Of a stretch of 64,000 nucleotides of DNA, positions 1-13,050 are shown piece after piece (the first letter of the stretch is position 1; each line of letters begins with the position of its first letter). Source of the DNA: the human T2T-CHM13v2.0 reference genome, Homo sapiens; the NCBI RefSeq assembly GCF_009914755.1, contig NC_060926.1. One strand, given 5' to 3'. Both the position numbers and the translations under genes were made by a program. Under the pieces are notes generated by a model, which saw only the letters and a program-made list of their open reading frames with translations, did no database searches and was not told the origin of the DNA.

Positions 1-250
1 GTGCTGGGGGAGGCTGCCGCCTGCGCCCCCAGCGCGCCCCGTGCTGGCAGCACTTCCGCAAACGTAACTGGAGTCGGGAAAACAAAGGCGCTGCCCAGGG
101 AGCCCTCGCCGGGCGCCCACAGCTGCTGCCGCGGGTGGGGACGGAGGGTGAGCGCCGATGCCCGGGTCCTCCTCCGCCCGGGCCGACCCGCGCCCTCGCC
201 ATAAACATCCCTGGGAAAAAGGAGGAGGTGAGAACCTCCACACAGCCCCA
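1..250. promoter_or_regulatory. 3' tail of a CpG island (MFSD6 promoter / start of intron 1)
   Basis: Very GC-rich with dense CpGs over the first ~250 nt, dropping abruptly to AT-rich intronic sequence; lies upstream of the MFSD6 exons. Confidence 0.75.
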
Positions 251-689
251 GTGACAAGGACGCGGCCACTTGTGTGGCAGGAGGAGGAAATTGACAACGT
301 CTGCCCTCCCAGGTTAATAAATACGGAAAAAAAAATACCTCTGCTCTGCCAGCCACCATCCTAGCAGACATCCCCCACCTCGTGCTTTACTTCCACTTGG
401 TCTAACATGTCTCTGGAGCCCTTTTGAGATACTACTGGGGGTTGCTAGTCTTTCTGGGTCATATTTATTGCCCATAGAGCAATTTTCCTGCAAATTTAGG
501 TAAGATGGTGGAAAAATACAAACGCAACTTTCCCCCTCGTTAATCCCATCCCCACATGGACAGACAGGTGGGTTAATTACCTTTATGCATTCGCAACCAC
601 GGACGTTTCTTTTCATCCCAAAAAGATTGAATAAGCACCTCACAGAACTACTGGAACATATAATACCTTGCTTATTAGTGTGCAAAAGA

Positions 690-830
690 CTTAAAGAGTT
701 GGGGTTCTAATCCCAACTGGTATTTAAATAGATGTGTGTGCTTGGGCATGTCACATCTTCCTGAGCCCCAGTTTTCTCACATGGAAAAGAGGATGGTTGG
801 ATATTATAGTGGCCAAAATTTCCCCTAATC
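690..830 (+). mobile_element. MIR-family SINE remnant
   Basis: GGGTTCTAATCCCAACT...TTGGGCATGTCACATCTTCCTGAGCCCCAGTTTTCTCAC resembles the MIR core. Confidence 0.55.
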
Positions 831-2028
831 CTTCTAGAAGTCCATGATTTTCTAGAAATCTAACCTCTTAAGTATAGATGAATGTGAAGGGTGGGTGGAC
901 ATACAGTTGACTAAAATATGTAATAAAAGGAGATGTGTACTTGGTAGGTCCTTTCCCCAAGATGTGGGCACTAGCCAGCTAAAAGTGTATGCATCTGTTT
1001 TAGCCTTGTTAAGTAAAAGGATAGGATCCTCCTCTTTGGGAAGCTTGGCTTTTGACACGTCAAGCTGCTAGCAGAGGTGCAGGATATGGTCAGCTGTTTA
1101 GTGATAGTCAGATGGCTTGTATTTATCACGAGGTGTAAGTAAAATTTAGGATTGCTTAGGGGAAGGATGGGACATTGTTAATGAGCCCAGTGCAGGATGC
1201 TCTGGGGAAACAGGAGGAGAGAACATCACTTCAATAATGCATTAAAGCTACTAAGTAGTTGTGTGTCCTTCATGTTTACAGCAGTTTATTTCTAAGGCAC
1301 TTTCCATCTCTATACAAATAAATATAAAAGCGTGAAGGCAAATAAAACACAAAGACAAAAAGCAGAGTTCACAGGTATTTGGTGGTGTGAGTATTGGATC
1401 ACCAATTCCATCATATATAGTGTCTGGACTATTAACAGTATTAAGGCATTTTTTTGGGTACTTATTATGTTCAAGACACCATTGTAAACATTTAGTATCT
1501 CAATCTCTGTAAGATAAATCTTTCCCCTAGTTCTGTGCATGACAAAAAGGAAGCTCAGAAGGGTTAAGCAACTTACACAAACCACATAATCAGTAAGAGG
1601 TAGAGTTAAATTTGACCTCATGTTTCTGGCTCCAAAGCCCAGGAAATTTCCACATGGTGTCCCTCCCTAATCAGAACCTATTAAGTCTCTCCACCTACGC
1701 AGATGTCTTCCTTAGCTTCGTGCCTTTGAAAATTAACTTGATTTCAATGTACATGTATTACTTATGTTAACATTTAGCCATGTAGGATAATTTATATATT
1801 TATTACGTATGTATATTAATGTGTGTATGTTTACCCTTTTGTCCTCACCAGTTGTAGATTGAAGGCAGTATGAAGCTGACAGGTTTCTTTGTTTTACTTC
1901 CTTTGACAGCAAATCTTAATTTGGCAATCTCATTATAGGGAAAGGAAGAAATGCAAAAAATGTGTGTCTGCTAGCTATTTTGCACATTGGCTGAAAAATC
2001 AAGATGCTGTATATTAAATGAAAAAAAT

Positions 2029-2328
<300 letters not shown>

Positions 2329-2332
2329 CTAG

Positions 2333-2711
<379 letters not shown>

Positions 2712-5356
2712 GACAGTGGCTATCTTCAGGAAGTGAGACAAGATGGAGAAAAGAGGATGTTTTTGCTTTTTACCTTATAAAGTTATGTTTGGGCTTAAAA
2801 TTTTGTTTTTGGAACAAGCATGTGTTCTCTTATTATATAAACTAAAAAGGAAAACAAAAGAAGACTAGAATTAATTGATTTTATAACAATCCAAAGTAAG
2901 ATAAAATTGAATGTGCCTAAACTCTAATGTTAGGGAAGTGAAATGAGACTCAGGAGATCAAAGTGAAAGGTGGCATACTGAGAATTGGGGGGCAAAGGGT
3001 AAAGAGTCTCAGGTGACTGGCTTTTACTTTTTCTAATAGTAACTGTAGCATATTCTACAACTCCTCAGTTTTCCTCCTCAATAAGAATGCTTTGGAGCAT
3101 ACACAATTTATCTGCTTGATTAGGGGTGATAAGAATTTCTTTCTTCCTGGTCTTGCTAGTGGTGGCTGTCTTTGGAAGCATGATTGTTCTGTACAGAACA
3201 ATCTGGTAGAAGGTAGGAGTTGGAGAAACCAATTTACCTGCTGTGTCATCTCATGAAATTATGGCATTCTGGATGACTTTAGGTATAATTATTTTTAGTA
3301 ACAATTTAGGAGAAGCAAGTTATCATAAAGTTAAACTAATCTGATGCATATGTACTTGTTAAATACAGTCCCATAGTTCTATCCAATTCTATGTAAAATT
3401 AACTAAAACCACTGCTTAGAATCCTTAAAAATTAATACATTTCCAGACTTAGAAATCCAGAGCCATAATACATTCAGACTTTTCAGAATCAAGAAAACAC
3501 ATGCTTAAACTTGGTTAATTATCATTGTGGTAGTAGGTAATCTTGAGAAAGAGGGAATTGTAAAAGTATTTTACAGAAGAGATATTCTCACAATTTTAGG
3601 TATTATCCAACATTTCATTTTGGGTTCTAATTATGTTTTAGGCAGAAGGAAATCTCCATCTTTTAATTTAGGAAACTTTGTTCAATAGGTTATCTTTAAA
3701 GGCAGAAATCAAGTGCAAAGTCCTACCCTACTACAAGGCCAGTTTGGGTAAAATTTCTTCCTCAAACTCAACTAACATGGCATTTCCTTGGGCATAGCAT
3801 TTTTGATTCCTGGGAAAAGCAAACAAACACATCTGATGTCAATTCTGTGTGGGGCAATGAAAACACCTTAATGCCTCCACCAAGAACATTTCCTTTGAGT
3901 TTATAATTCCTCCATGTTTAATTATCCAACATTAGCTGTCTGTTCCCATTTACTCTACTGGCATTTTGGGGGTGAGAGGGGCTTGTGTCAGCCTGATTTG
4001 TTTTCCTAAATTCTGAATGATACGTTATCCAGTACTTAGCCCCACTGCTGGATTCAGTAACATTTGCTTTGTAGCTGTTTTTGATTGCCCACATTTGGAT
4101 GATATTTATTTACTGTTTTTGCAAAATGGCATTGTCTCAAGTTGGCTGGGCAACTTTTGGAATCTACCAGTCATTTGTTCAGACAAGTGATGTTTGGTGC
4201 AGGGGCCAAAACAGAAAAGCCAACCAAATAATAAATAATTACAAACGTGGAACACCTAAACCTTGAGCCTATATGTTAATATGTGTCTGCTATAGTTACT
4301 GGTTGCTATGTTATGGCTTTAAAAAGAGCACACCCTCCCAAACCCCCACCTCTACCTCAGCACCAACAAAAACTACATCCCAATGTTGTATGTATTCAAA
4401 GTAGCCTCTCCCTGCCTTGATCCATTATGATGTAAATCTAGCTGAGCCACGTGTTGATGATTATGTTGAAGAGATGTGAGTGAGAGTTCTGTATTACCTT
4501 GTGACCTGGTGGTCCTGCTGCATTTTAGGATGGGAGGGGCGGGGTAGAATGGGGGAGAATAGGGCAAAGATGGGAAGAAATTCAGACCCTTAAAAAACCA
4601 TGTTCAAGAGATGTGGAAAAAAATTGAATTAAGGGGGGCAGAGATGTCTTTCTTTGACATTTGTTGTGGGGCATGTTTTAGAATGGGAGACCAATTCAGG
4701 AAACATTTGGCAAGTACAAAACAGGAAAGGCCAGCTCTGAATGACTCTGAGGAAATGTTTGGAAGCATTTTGATCTGAGACCAAGAGTGGGATGGGGGAA
4801 AGACAGGGAAAGACAGGGACACTATGAATCAGCAGTGGGCAGAGTGAGCTCTGGTGTGTGGCTTTGAGAAGGATAAAAAGGAGGAACTGGTGCTGCCTGA
4901 ACAAGCCCGATGTGTGGGTTAACCGTGCCAAAGGAAAGTGAGTGGCGAGCCTGGACTGGTAGTTAGCAGTCTGTGTTGGTTATGTAGAGAGACCTTGTTC
5001 CACAGGCAGGTGCACTCCACTCTGCACGGGGCCTGCTCTCTCTGAGCTCCAATAAACCAATGTACCATGAGCCCTGCTATACTGTGGGGTGAAGAGGAGA
5101 CATGGCAGTCAGGGCCCAGGATTCCAGGAGAAACTGAGCACTGGAGCAGTGGCAGGAGTGGGTCCCTGTGAGTCACGCTGGGAATTCTTAACTGTTCAGG
5201 GCACTTTTAGGGACAAAGTTAAGGTAGAACATACTTGGCCTCAAGGTACTTGGCTCAAGGTAGAGCAAAGGAGGAAGGCACCACACCAAACACATAAAGC
5301 AGAATCATACAAAGTGACATGCATGCTGCCTATGACTTTTAAGAAGTACTGTGTTC

Positions 5357-5535
5357 CTGGGGCCTGTCTGGGGGGTTGGGTGGCAGGGGGAGGGAGAGCA
5401 TCAGGATAAATAACTAATGCATGTGGGGCTTAATACCTAGATGATGGGTTGGTAGGTGCTGCAAACCACCATGGCACACGTTTGCCTATGTAACAAACCC
5501 ACATGTCCTGCACATGTGTCCTGGAACATAAAATA
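5357..5535 (+). mobile_element. 5'-truncated older L1PA 3' end
   Basis: L1 3'-UTR terminus (GGGAGAGCATCAGGATAAATAACTAATGCATG...ATGTAACAAACC) flanked by AAGAAGTACTGTGTTC / AAGAAGCGCTGTGTTC. Confidence 0.9.
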
Positions 5536-6521
5536 AAGAAGCGCTGTGTTCTTGATTAACGTGCTCCAATCCAGCAAAGGCAAGCTTCTTTAGCTATTAT
5601 GGAGTGCCTTTCTTAATTCTATTTCAAAATCATGCCTGTGCAATTGTGTTTAACTAATGAACAAATATGCCCCAATTCACATTTATAAGGGAGTTTAAAT
5701 AAAAGACTTTATTATGATTCTTTTGAATGAGTAAACATGACACATTTCAATTTTATTTTCTGTGTAATGAGGCTCCCTGTAAAAGGTGTGCATATCTTTT
5801 AAGAGTGTCTCAAAGTCCTTGTGACAGTCCCTTTCAATTCCGTATACTGGGAAGCACAAGGCATTAGATGAATGATCAGACCTCAATTTAATAACTCTAT
5901 AATTTTTCAGGAACTCCGGGAACAAGGACATCCTAATTGTCACTCAAATGTTTTATATTTAAAATAATTCCTTTTTAAATATGTATTTTTAAAGTGATAA
6001 ATAATGATTTTTTAAAAATCCAGCCAAGTATAAGAAAAAAATTAAATAAGTCCTAATTTTACTACTCAGAGATAATCCCTGATAACACTTTGGTGTCATT
6101 TTTATCGAGTCTTTTTCTAAAATACATTTTATTTGAGCTACATAGATTTACAAATATAAACTGTACTATATCGAGAGGTTTGTGTCCTGCTCTTTCATTT
6201 AACATGATGCATTTTACCATGTAGTTAAGTTCTATTTTCCCATGATATGGATATAAGATTTTATTTTTCTCTATAGCTTATTTACCTATTTTCACCATAA
6301 CTTATTTAACTGTCCTTATTATTGATCACTTACTTTGTTTCAGTTGTGATTGTTGTGAAAAGTGTTGCAATAAAAATCTTTACATTTAAGTCTTTGCTTT
6401 TCAGAAAGTTTATGTTTTTACTCTCAGTGAATGACAATGCCTGTCAATTCTCATACTCACCAGCATTGAATATTTCCATTTTAAAAATTATTGGTATGGT
6501 ATGTATGTTAAAGTATCTATC

Positions 6522-6823
6522 TTTTTTATTTTTATTTATTTACAGACAGGATCTCTCTCAGTTACCCAGGCCGGAGTGCAGTGGCGTGATCCTAGCTCAC
6601 TGCAGCCTTGAACCCCTGGGCTCAAGTGATTCTCCTGCCTTGGCCTCCTGAATAGCTAGAACTACAGGTATGAACCACCATGCCTGACTCATTAAAAAAA
6701 AATTGTAGACATGGGATCTTGCTTTGTTGCCCATGCTGGTCTTAAACTCCTGGCTTCAAGTGATCCTCCCGCCTCTGTCTCCCAAAGTGCTGGGATTACG
6801 GATGTGAGCCACTGTGCTCAGCC
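6522..6823 (-). mobile_element. AluJ SINE
   Basis: Antisense Alu with J-type features (CTCACTGCAGCCTTGAAC, GGGCTCAAGTGAT). Confidence 0.93.
6546..6667 (+). other. MFSD6: Probable non-coding 5'-UTR exon of MFSD6, exonised from an antisense AluJ right arm
   Basis: T-rich tract ending TTTACAG| at 6545; donor ACTACAG|GTATGA at 6667/6668 where Alus normally have GC; 122 nt; no ATG inside. Confidence 0.7.
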
Positions 6824-9218
6824 ACTTTTTTATTTTATGGGCTAAGTAATAAACCTTTTTCTGAAACTAATTATATCATTAGAATTGATAGCTTATGGTA
6901 ATTCTCAAGTTATCAGAACCCTAACAGCAAAATAAAACAATTTTAGATTACATATATGGGAATGTACTAAGGATATAAATTATTCTTTTAGACTATAGCA
7001 CATTTAGGGGATGTAAGTAAAAATAACTGATGATAGTCCAGGGCTATAGGAAAATGTATTATAAACCTTGAGATCTATATTCTGGTCTCAATTGTAAACT
7101 CATAAAAGGTCTGAGAAAGAAGCACCCATACATTTCTGTTTAAACTGCCTTGTCTCGTGTATAGATTGTGCTTTATTTAACCCTCTTAACTTCCTCAGTG
7201 TCTAATAGTGTTAGAATAGCTCTGTAATGTGAACTGTTACTTTTTCCTCCCGCTGGGCTTGTTCTAAGACAGGAAGCTTATTTGAAAGGTAGAAGGAAAT
7301 GAAGTTCTGGGGCCTGCTTCAAATTTATATTATAAATTATGCTATATTGGCACAATATTTAATCAGGAGTCTAAAACTAATAAGTAGGAATCTGCTTCAT
7401 GATGGCTGGTAAGGTCTGAGGAACCTAAATTATAAATTTTTAATTGACATTTGATTATTTTCTTCCACAAAGTGAAAGTGAAAATCTAGTTGGTCTTTAT
7501 TACTAAAGTCATCTTTATGGTTATAAGCTATTTCCTCCAACCCTTAAGAGATCAAAATAATTTGTTCCTTTTTCACCCTGTTAGCAAGTTGAAAGGAAAT
7601 GTTAGAGAGGATTTCAGGTCCTTTCTTTCAGATTTATGATGTTACAAATATAAGTAAAATGTTTCTACAGAATATTTTATTTTAAGTGAATAGTTATTTC
7701 TTTCCTGGAGATAATGAATTATCATTCCAGTCCATATTACAATAGTGTGTTCTCCAGTGAACCAGTGCCTCACAGGCCCCCATCAGGCTGTAGACATGAA
7801 AACAGACATGAACATAAATTCATGAGCACAGATGGATGAAATACTAGCCTAGTTCAAGGGTGGTGCCAAATAATTCTGGGAAAAGTGCTTTTGGCATAAT
7901 TGCAAAATAAGACCCAGAGTTTTAATGAAATATCTGGAATAAAACTACAACTACCAGCAACACCAAATGTTCATATGTTGCTTTTAGATTAACAGAATGC
8001 TTTCTCATACTTTATTTCATTTAAGCTCTAGAATCCTTCTGGGAGTTAATTGACTTAAGTTTGTATGGAAAAGGAGGCTTAAAGAGGCACTGATTTATCA
8101 AAGCCAGGGGGATGCAACTGGGACTTCTTTTGACTCTACTTCCTAAAATGAATTTTTGATCACATTAAACTTTAATAAAAATTTATATGTTTATTGTCAT
8201 CAGGTGCTTGTCAAAATAAACAGTATTGAGAGCTTACAGGGGTAAAGGGCAATATGTTATGTTCTAGATTCCTCCCTCGAGGGGTATACAGTCTTGTTGG
8301 GCAAACGAGATATCTGTAAAAAGATAGCAATAAAATTACCTATAAATCCTACAGTAGATGTGAGAACAATCTCTAGAAGTAGAGGAAGGAGTGAGGAAAA
8401 TGTTTCAAGTGTATTCTATTTCCAGATGTTATGAAAGGTCCCATTAGATATAGTGAATTCATAAAGTACTGTTTGTTCTGAAATGATACCATCACAGGAC
8501 TTCAGTACTGGATCATTAGCGATAAGATCAGCACACCAAAATAAAAGTTCAAATGTTGGGAAATCCTTAGCAAGGTCACAGTAGCAAAACCCTGCCAATC
8601 TATTCATCCTTTAAGATTGGCTCGAGGCCCCACACCACAGACCCTCTGTGTACATCACCTGTGCTTGCTCCTGTTTGAACATTTAGCATAAGGTGTTGTG
8701 ATTGTGTGTGCCCCCGTCTTCTTCTCGCCTCTGGGTGTCATGACAGGGACTGTGTGGCCTCCAGCATGTGTCCTACCTACTAGTGGGTGCTCGATCTATA
8801 GCTGTAGGGTTTTTTTGGTTGTTCAAATGAATGTCTTTTTTTCAGTATAATTCCATTGTATTTTGTGTTCTGTCGTCCCTCAGCCTGGTATTCAAGGCCC
8901 TGTGCCATCTGTTGCTGTCTGGGTGGCCTCATGTGCCCTTTAGTCTTGGGACAAATATTTTACGGATCCTCTGCTGCCTTTTCTTTCCTCTACCCTGGAA
9001 TAGTTTTCCCACTCATCTTTGCCTGTGAATCCTGCCCATCTTTCAGAGTTCAATTTAAGCCCCTCGTTTTCTTGACAACCCCTGTCTGAAGTATGGACAC
9101 CCTACTTGGAACTCCAGAAGCATGCCTATTGTCCCTAATATCTTTTAGTTAATAAATTATATAGGGCTATGTGGCTTTTCTTCCATTATTATTCTGACTT
9201 TTCATTTAACCCTTTAGT

Positions 9219-9219
<1 letters not shown>

Positions 9220-9262
<43 letters not shown>

Positions 9263-9275
9263 AGAGAGAGAGAGA
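9220..9275. repeat. (TG)n(GA)n compound microsatellite
   Basis: About 20 TG units followed by a GA run. Confidence 0.95.
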
Positions 9276-9389
9276 TGTGGTTTATCATTGCTTGTCAATG
9301 ATAAAGCAAGTCTTTGAGGCCTAAGACCTAACTTTTGGGATCCCTGTCTCATAGCTGCACAGTGCATTGAGAGTCAGTACCTGCTAAGA

Positions 9390-9565
9390 GCAGCACTGCT
9401 ACTCATTCCCTATGTGACTTTGGGCTGGTTATTTGCCTTCTCTGTGCCACAGTTTCCTCATTGGTAAAACTGGGAAAGGAATCATTTCCACCCCAGAGAA
9501 CTGTTGTGAGTATTAAATGAGTTAATACATGCTAGGTTCATAGCAAGTGTTACTTAAGTGTTATT
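9390..9565 (+). mobile_element. MIR SINE remnant
   Basis: TATGTGACTTTGGGC...TCTCTGTGCCACAGTTTCCTCATTGGTAAAA...GTTGTGAGTATTAAATGAGTTAATACATG. Confidence 0.75.
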
Positions 9566-9729
9566 GTATTGTAGTTGGTAATAATATGATAGTATAATCC
9601 ACTGATTCCCTGTTGAAGTGCAAATATGTTGTCAAGATGGGGCAACCAAGGTTGTGAATCAGCTTGCTTATGATCTAGCAGTCAGGTTTTACTAGGAGCC
9701 TTGGAAAGGCCCACCAAGAATGACAAGGT

Positions 9730-10113
<384 letters not shown>

Positions 10114-11393
10114 CTAGTAGCAGCTCTGGGGAGCCCGTGGGCAGTGCTGAGTGCCTGGAGGGCTCAGGCTGGAAACTGGGCTGACAGGACTGAGACCAGT
10201 TTTGTTTCTTTCATCATTTGGCTTTGCCATAAAGGAACCATGTCACAATACCCTGAAAGGAAGAGGAAGATTCCAAAATAGTCATTCATCTTTGCACAGA
10301 TCAGTGCCCTTGTAGCCTGTGTGACTGTTATAAAACTAACCTTATATATTTTTTTCATGACATTGGCTAAATGTCTAGCAGATGCTAAAGCAATCCTGAT
10401 GGAAAAAAAAAATCTATGGGAATTGACCTCGCACACTGTGTCTCTGGAAAAAGCTCTATCCTGGAAGAAGCTGGGGGTTGAACTGAATGTTTGAGTGCGG
10501 TGTGTGAATACCTAGATTCTAACGCTCTTTTACAGTAGTTTCCCTGTGTCTATACTGGTCATAATTGCAGCAGTATGTTAGAGTCCAGCTCTGGGACTCA
10601 CATTTCCCAAAGCCATTGAGAATGTTGGCCAATAACAGTTGACAAGACAGAGCTGGCTGCAAGGGTTTGAAAAGTTGATTTCCCTGCTTCGCAGCTTCAG
10701 CCCTCATCACTAGGCAACACTGAGTTATGATGGCCATGGCACAAGGAAGAGTGTCCCTTCTGTGGTATCCAGGGACTATTTCCTCTCCATCACTGATAAT
10801 TATGTCACTGCTATGTTATAGCACACATTCTTATCATGTTTGTAAATCTAACCTTTGGCAATTATTCCAAATAATGTATTCGATCTCAGGGTTTCTTTCT
10901 TCAAAAGTTGAATCCATTTTCATACTCTCATATATTTGCGGATAACTCAATATATGTTTGAACAGTTTTAATTCAAATACATAATGAAGAAAGCTATCAG
11001 TTTTAATAAGAATGATTTCATTGCCTCTCATCAATAATTCAGAAATACCTGCTATTTGAATGACTCAGTGTAGGTACTGGTAGCATAGCTTTCCAGGTTT
11101 TAGAAGTCTGTGTTATATTTTCACAATAGTTGTATTGATTACTATCATTAGACTGTGCCAGGTGAGAAGACTTCTGCTTTCCTAAAAAGTAAACAAAGCC
11201 TTCCTTATCTGATTAGGATGAACTGCAAACCTGCACTAGAGAATATTTCCCAGAAAAGATCATAAAGTTAATTCTGTATATAATTTGAAATGTCTTCTTA
11301 ACTCTATATTTTCGTTTCTTTTTTTAAAAAAGCATTAAGACTCAGACATTAAAAACAAAATATTAACTGAATTGATTCATGTTCATTGCCCAC

Positions 11394-11750
11394 TGTCTTA
11401 GTTTGCTCAGGCTGCTATAACAAAATACCATATATAGACAGGGTTGCTTGAACCACAGTTTATTTCTCACAGTTCTGGAGACTGAGAAATCCAACATCAA
11501 GGTGCAAGTAAACTCTGTTCCTGTTGAGGGCCCTCTTCCTGGCTACTAGATAGCCACCTTCTTGCTATGTGGATAGAGAGAGAGTTGCCTCCTCTTATAA
11601 GGGCATTAATCCCATCAAAAAGGTCCTATCTCATGACCTCTTCTCAATCTAATTACCTCCAAACGGGGCTACCTCCAAATACCATCATATTGGGGTTTAG
11701 GGCTTCAACTTATTAATTTTGGAGGGGCTGTAGACATTTAGCCCATATCA
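11394..11750 (-). mobile_element. MaLR solo LTR (MLT1A-like)
   Basis: Begins TGTCTTAGTTTGCTCAGGCTGCTATAACAAAATACC (reverse complement of the MLT1 3' end) and ends ACATTTAGCCCATATCA. Confidence 0.85.
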
Positions 11751-12813
11751 ACCTCTCAATAAACAAAATCTCCTTTCACTTTATAAACAGATTGTCTCAT
11801 CCAGCATATAAATATTTTTACTACTCTTTGTACTTGTTTTGTCATTCCTTAAGACAAATTAAATATAATCCACTTCAGCCAAAGATGCCCTACATTGGGA
11901 TATACTTGTTTTTGGTTTCTTTTTGTCCCTGATCCTGTGATTACACTTTATTTATTATGCTTTATTTCATAACTGTGTTTATAATGTGATTTCTCCATGT
12001 TTTGGTTCCTTTTTACCAAAATCTAAATATGACCTGAAAATATTGAGTAAAAAAAAATAATGACCTGAGTTTAACAGTTTTGTTTGTCTTTTAAGATTTG
12101 AAATTCACATAAAAGTTACTGTCTATGACATTTATATATGGGATACTGAATGTCATATTACAGAAACATTTCCATAACGACTTTGTATTTGTTGATACTG
12201 TGAGAACTACTTAACATCTGGACTTATGTAACCAGAGAAACCTTGTGTAACCTTATGATACTCAAAAGTCATTTGCATATGGTGGAGAGGAAATAATATT
12301 TTGGGAGAAAGTCACTCATCAAGGTTTACATCAATATCTTAATGTAAGATATTTCCATTTTTGAATTAGCATATGGGCATCAGTTCTTCATAATCACTTG
12401 GACAATTCAGGAAATTATGCCCATTAAAGAGGACTTTGTGTCCTTCTCTGATCTACCTGGGGAAGATTCAGCAGATGATTTATGTAGAATAATTAATTAA
12501 AGTTCACTCTAAGGCCCCTGATTAGAATTGATGTGGAAGGACATTCTGTACAACTCTGAAAAATGTTTAGTCAGTGATAGAAGGGTGTTAGTAGTTGGCT
12601 TTAATGTCGTTTGTAAAGACAAAATCCACATGACTCCATATTTCTTTCTCAGTTTTTATTTTTAAAGTGAGAGTTATGGATGTATGAAGTTAAAAAAATG
12701 AACATGTTTACAAGGTTTGTTACAAACCAAAACAAAAAAACAGACTTCTGTGCTCTTTTTATTTCTCTTCCCAGAGGCAACTACTTTTTCTGCAATTATT
12801 TTGATATTCACCT

Positions 12814-13050
12814 ATTTATTTATTTGAGACAGTTCTCACCCTGTCACCCAGGCTGAGTGCAGTGGTATGATCATAGCTCACCGTCCTGGGCACCTCAGCC
12901 TCCCAAGTAGCTGGGACTGTAAGCATGTACCACCATACCTGGCTAACTTAAAAAAAAAATTTTTTTTAAAGATGGGATCTCGCTATGTTGCCCAGAACTC
13001 CTGACTTTAATTGCTCCTCTTGCCTTGGCCTCCCAAAATAGTAGGATTAT
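12814..13050 (-). mobile_element. Degenerate AluJ with internal deletions
   Basis: GAGACAG...CACCCAGGCTGAGTGCAGTGG...CAGCCTCCCAAGTAGCTGGGACT...GGCCTCCCAAAA. Confidence 0.85.

Noticed and set aside
314-685. 123-aa minus-strand ORF near the promoter
   Set aside because: Non-ATG start, no recognisable homology or coding bias.
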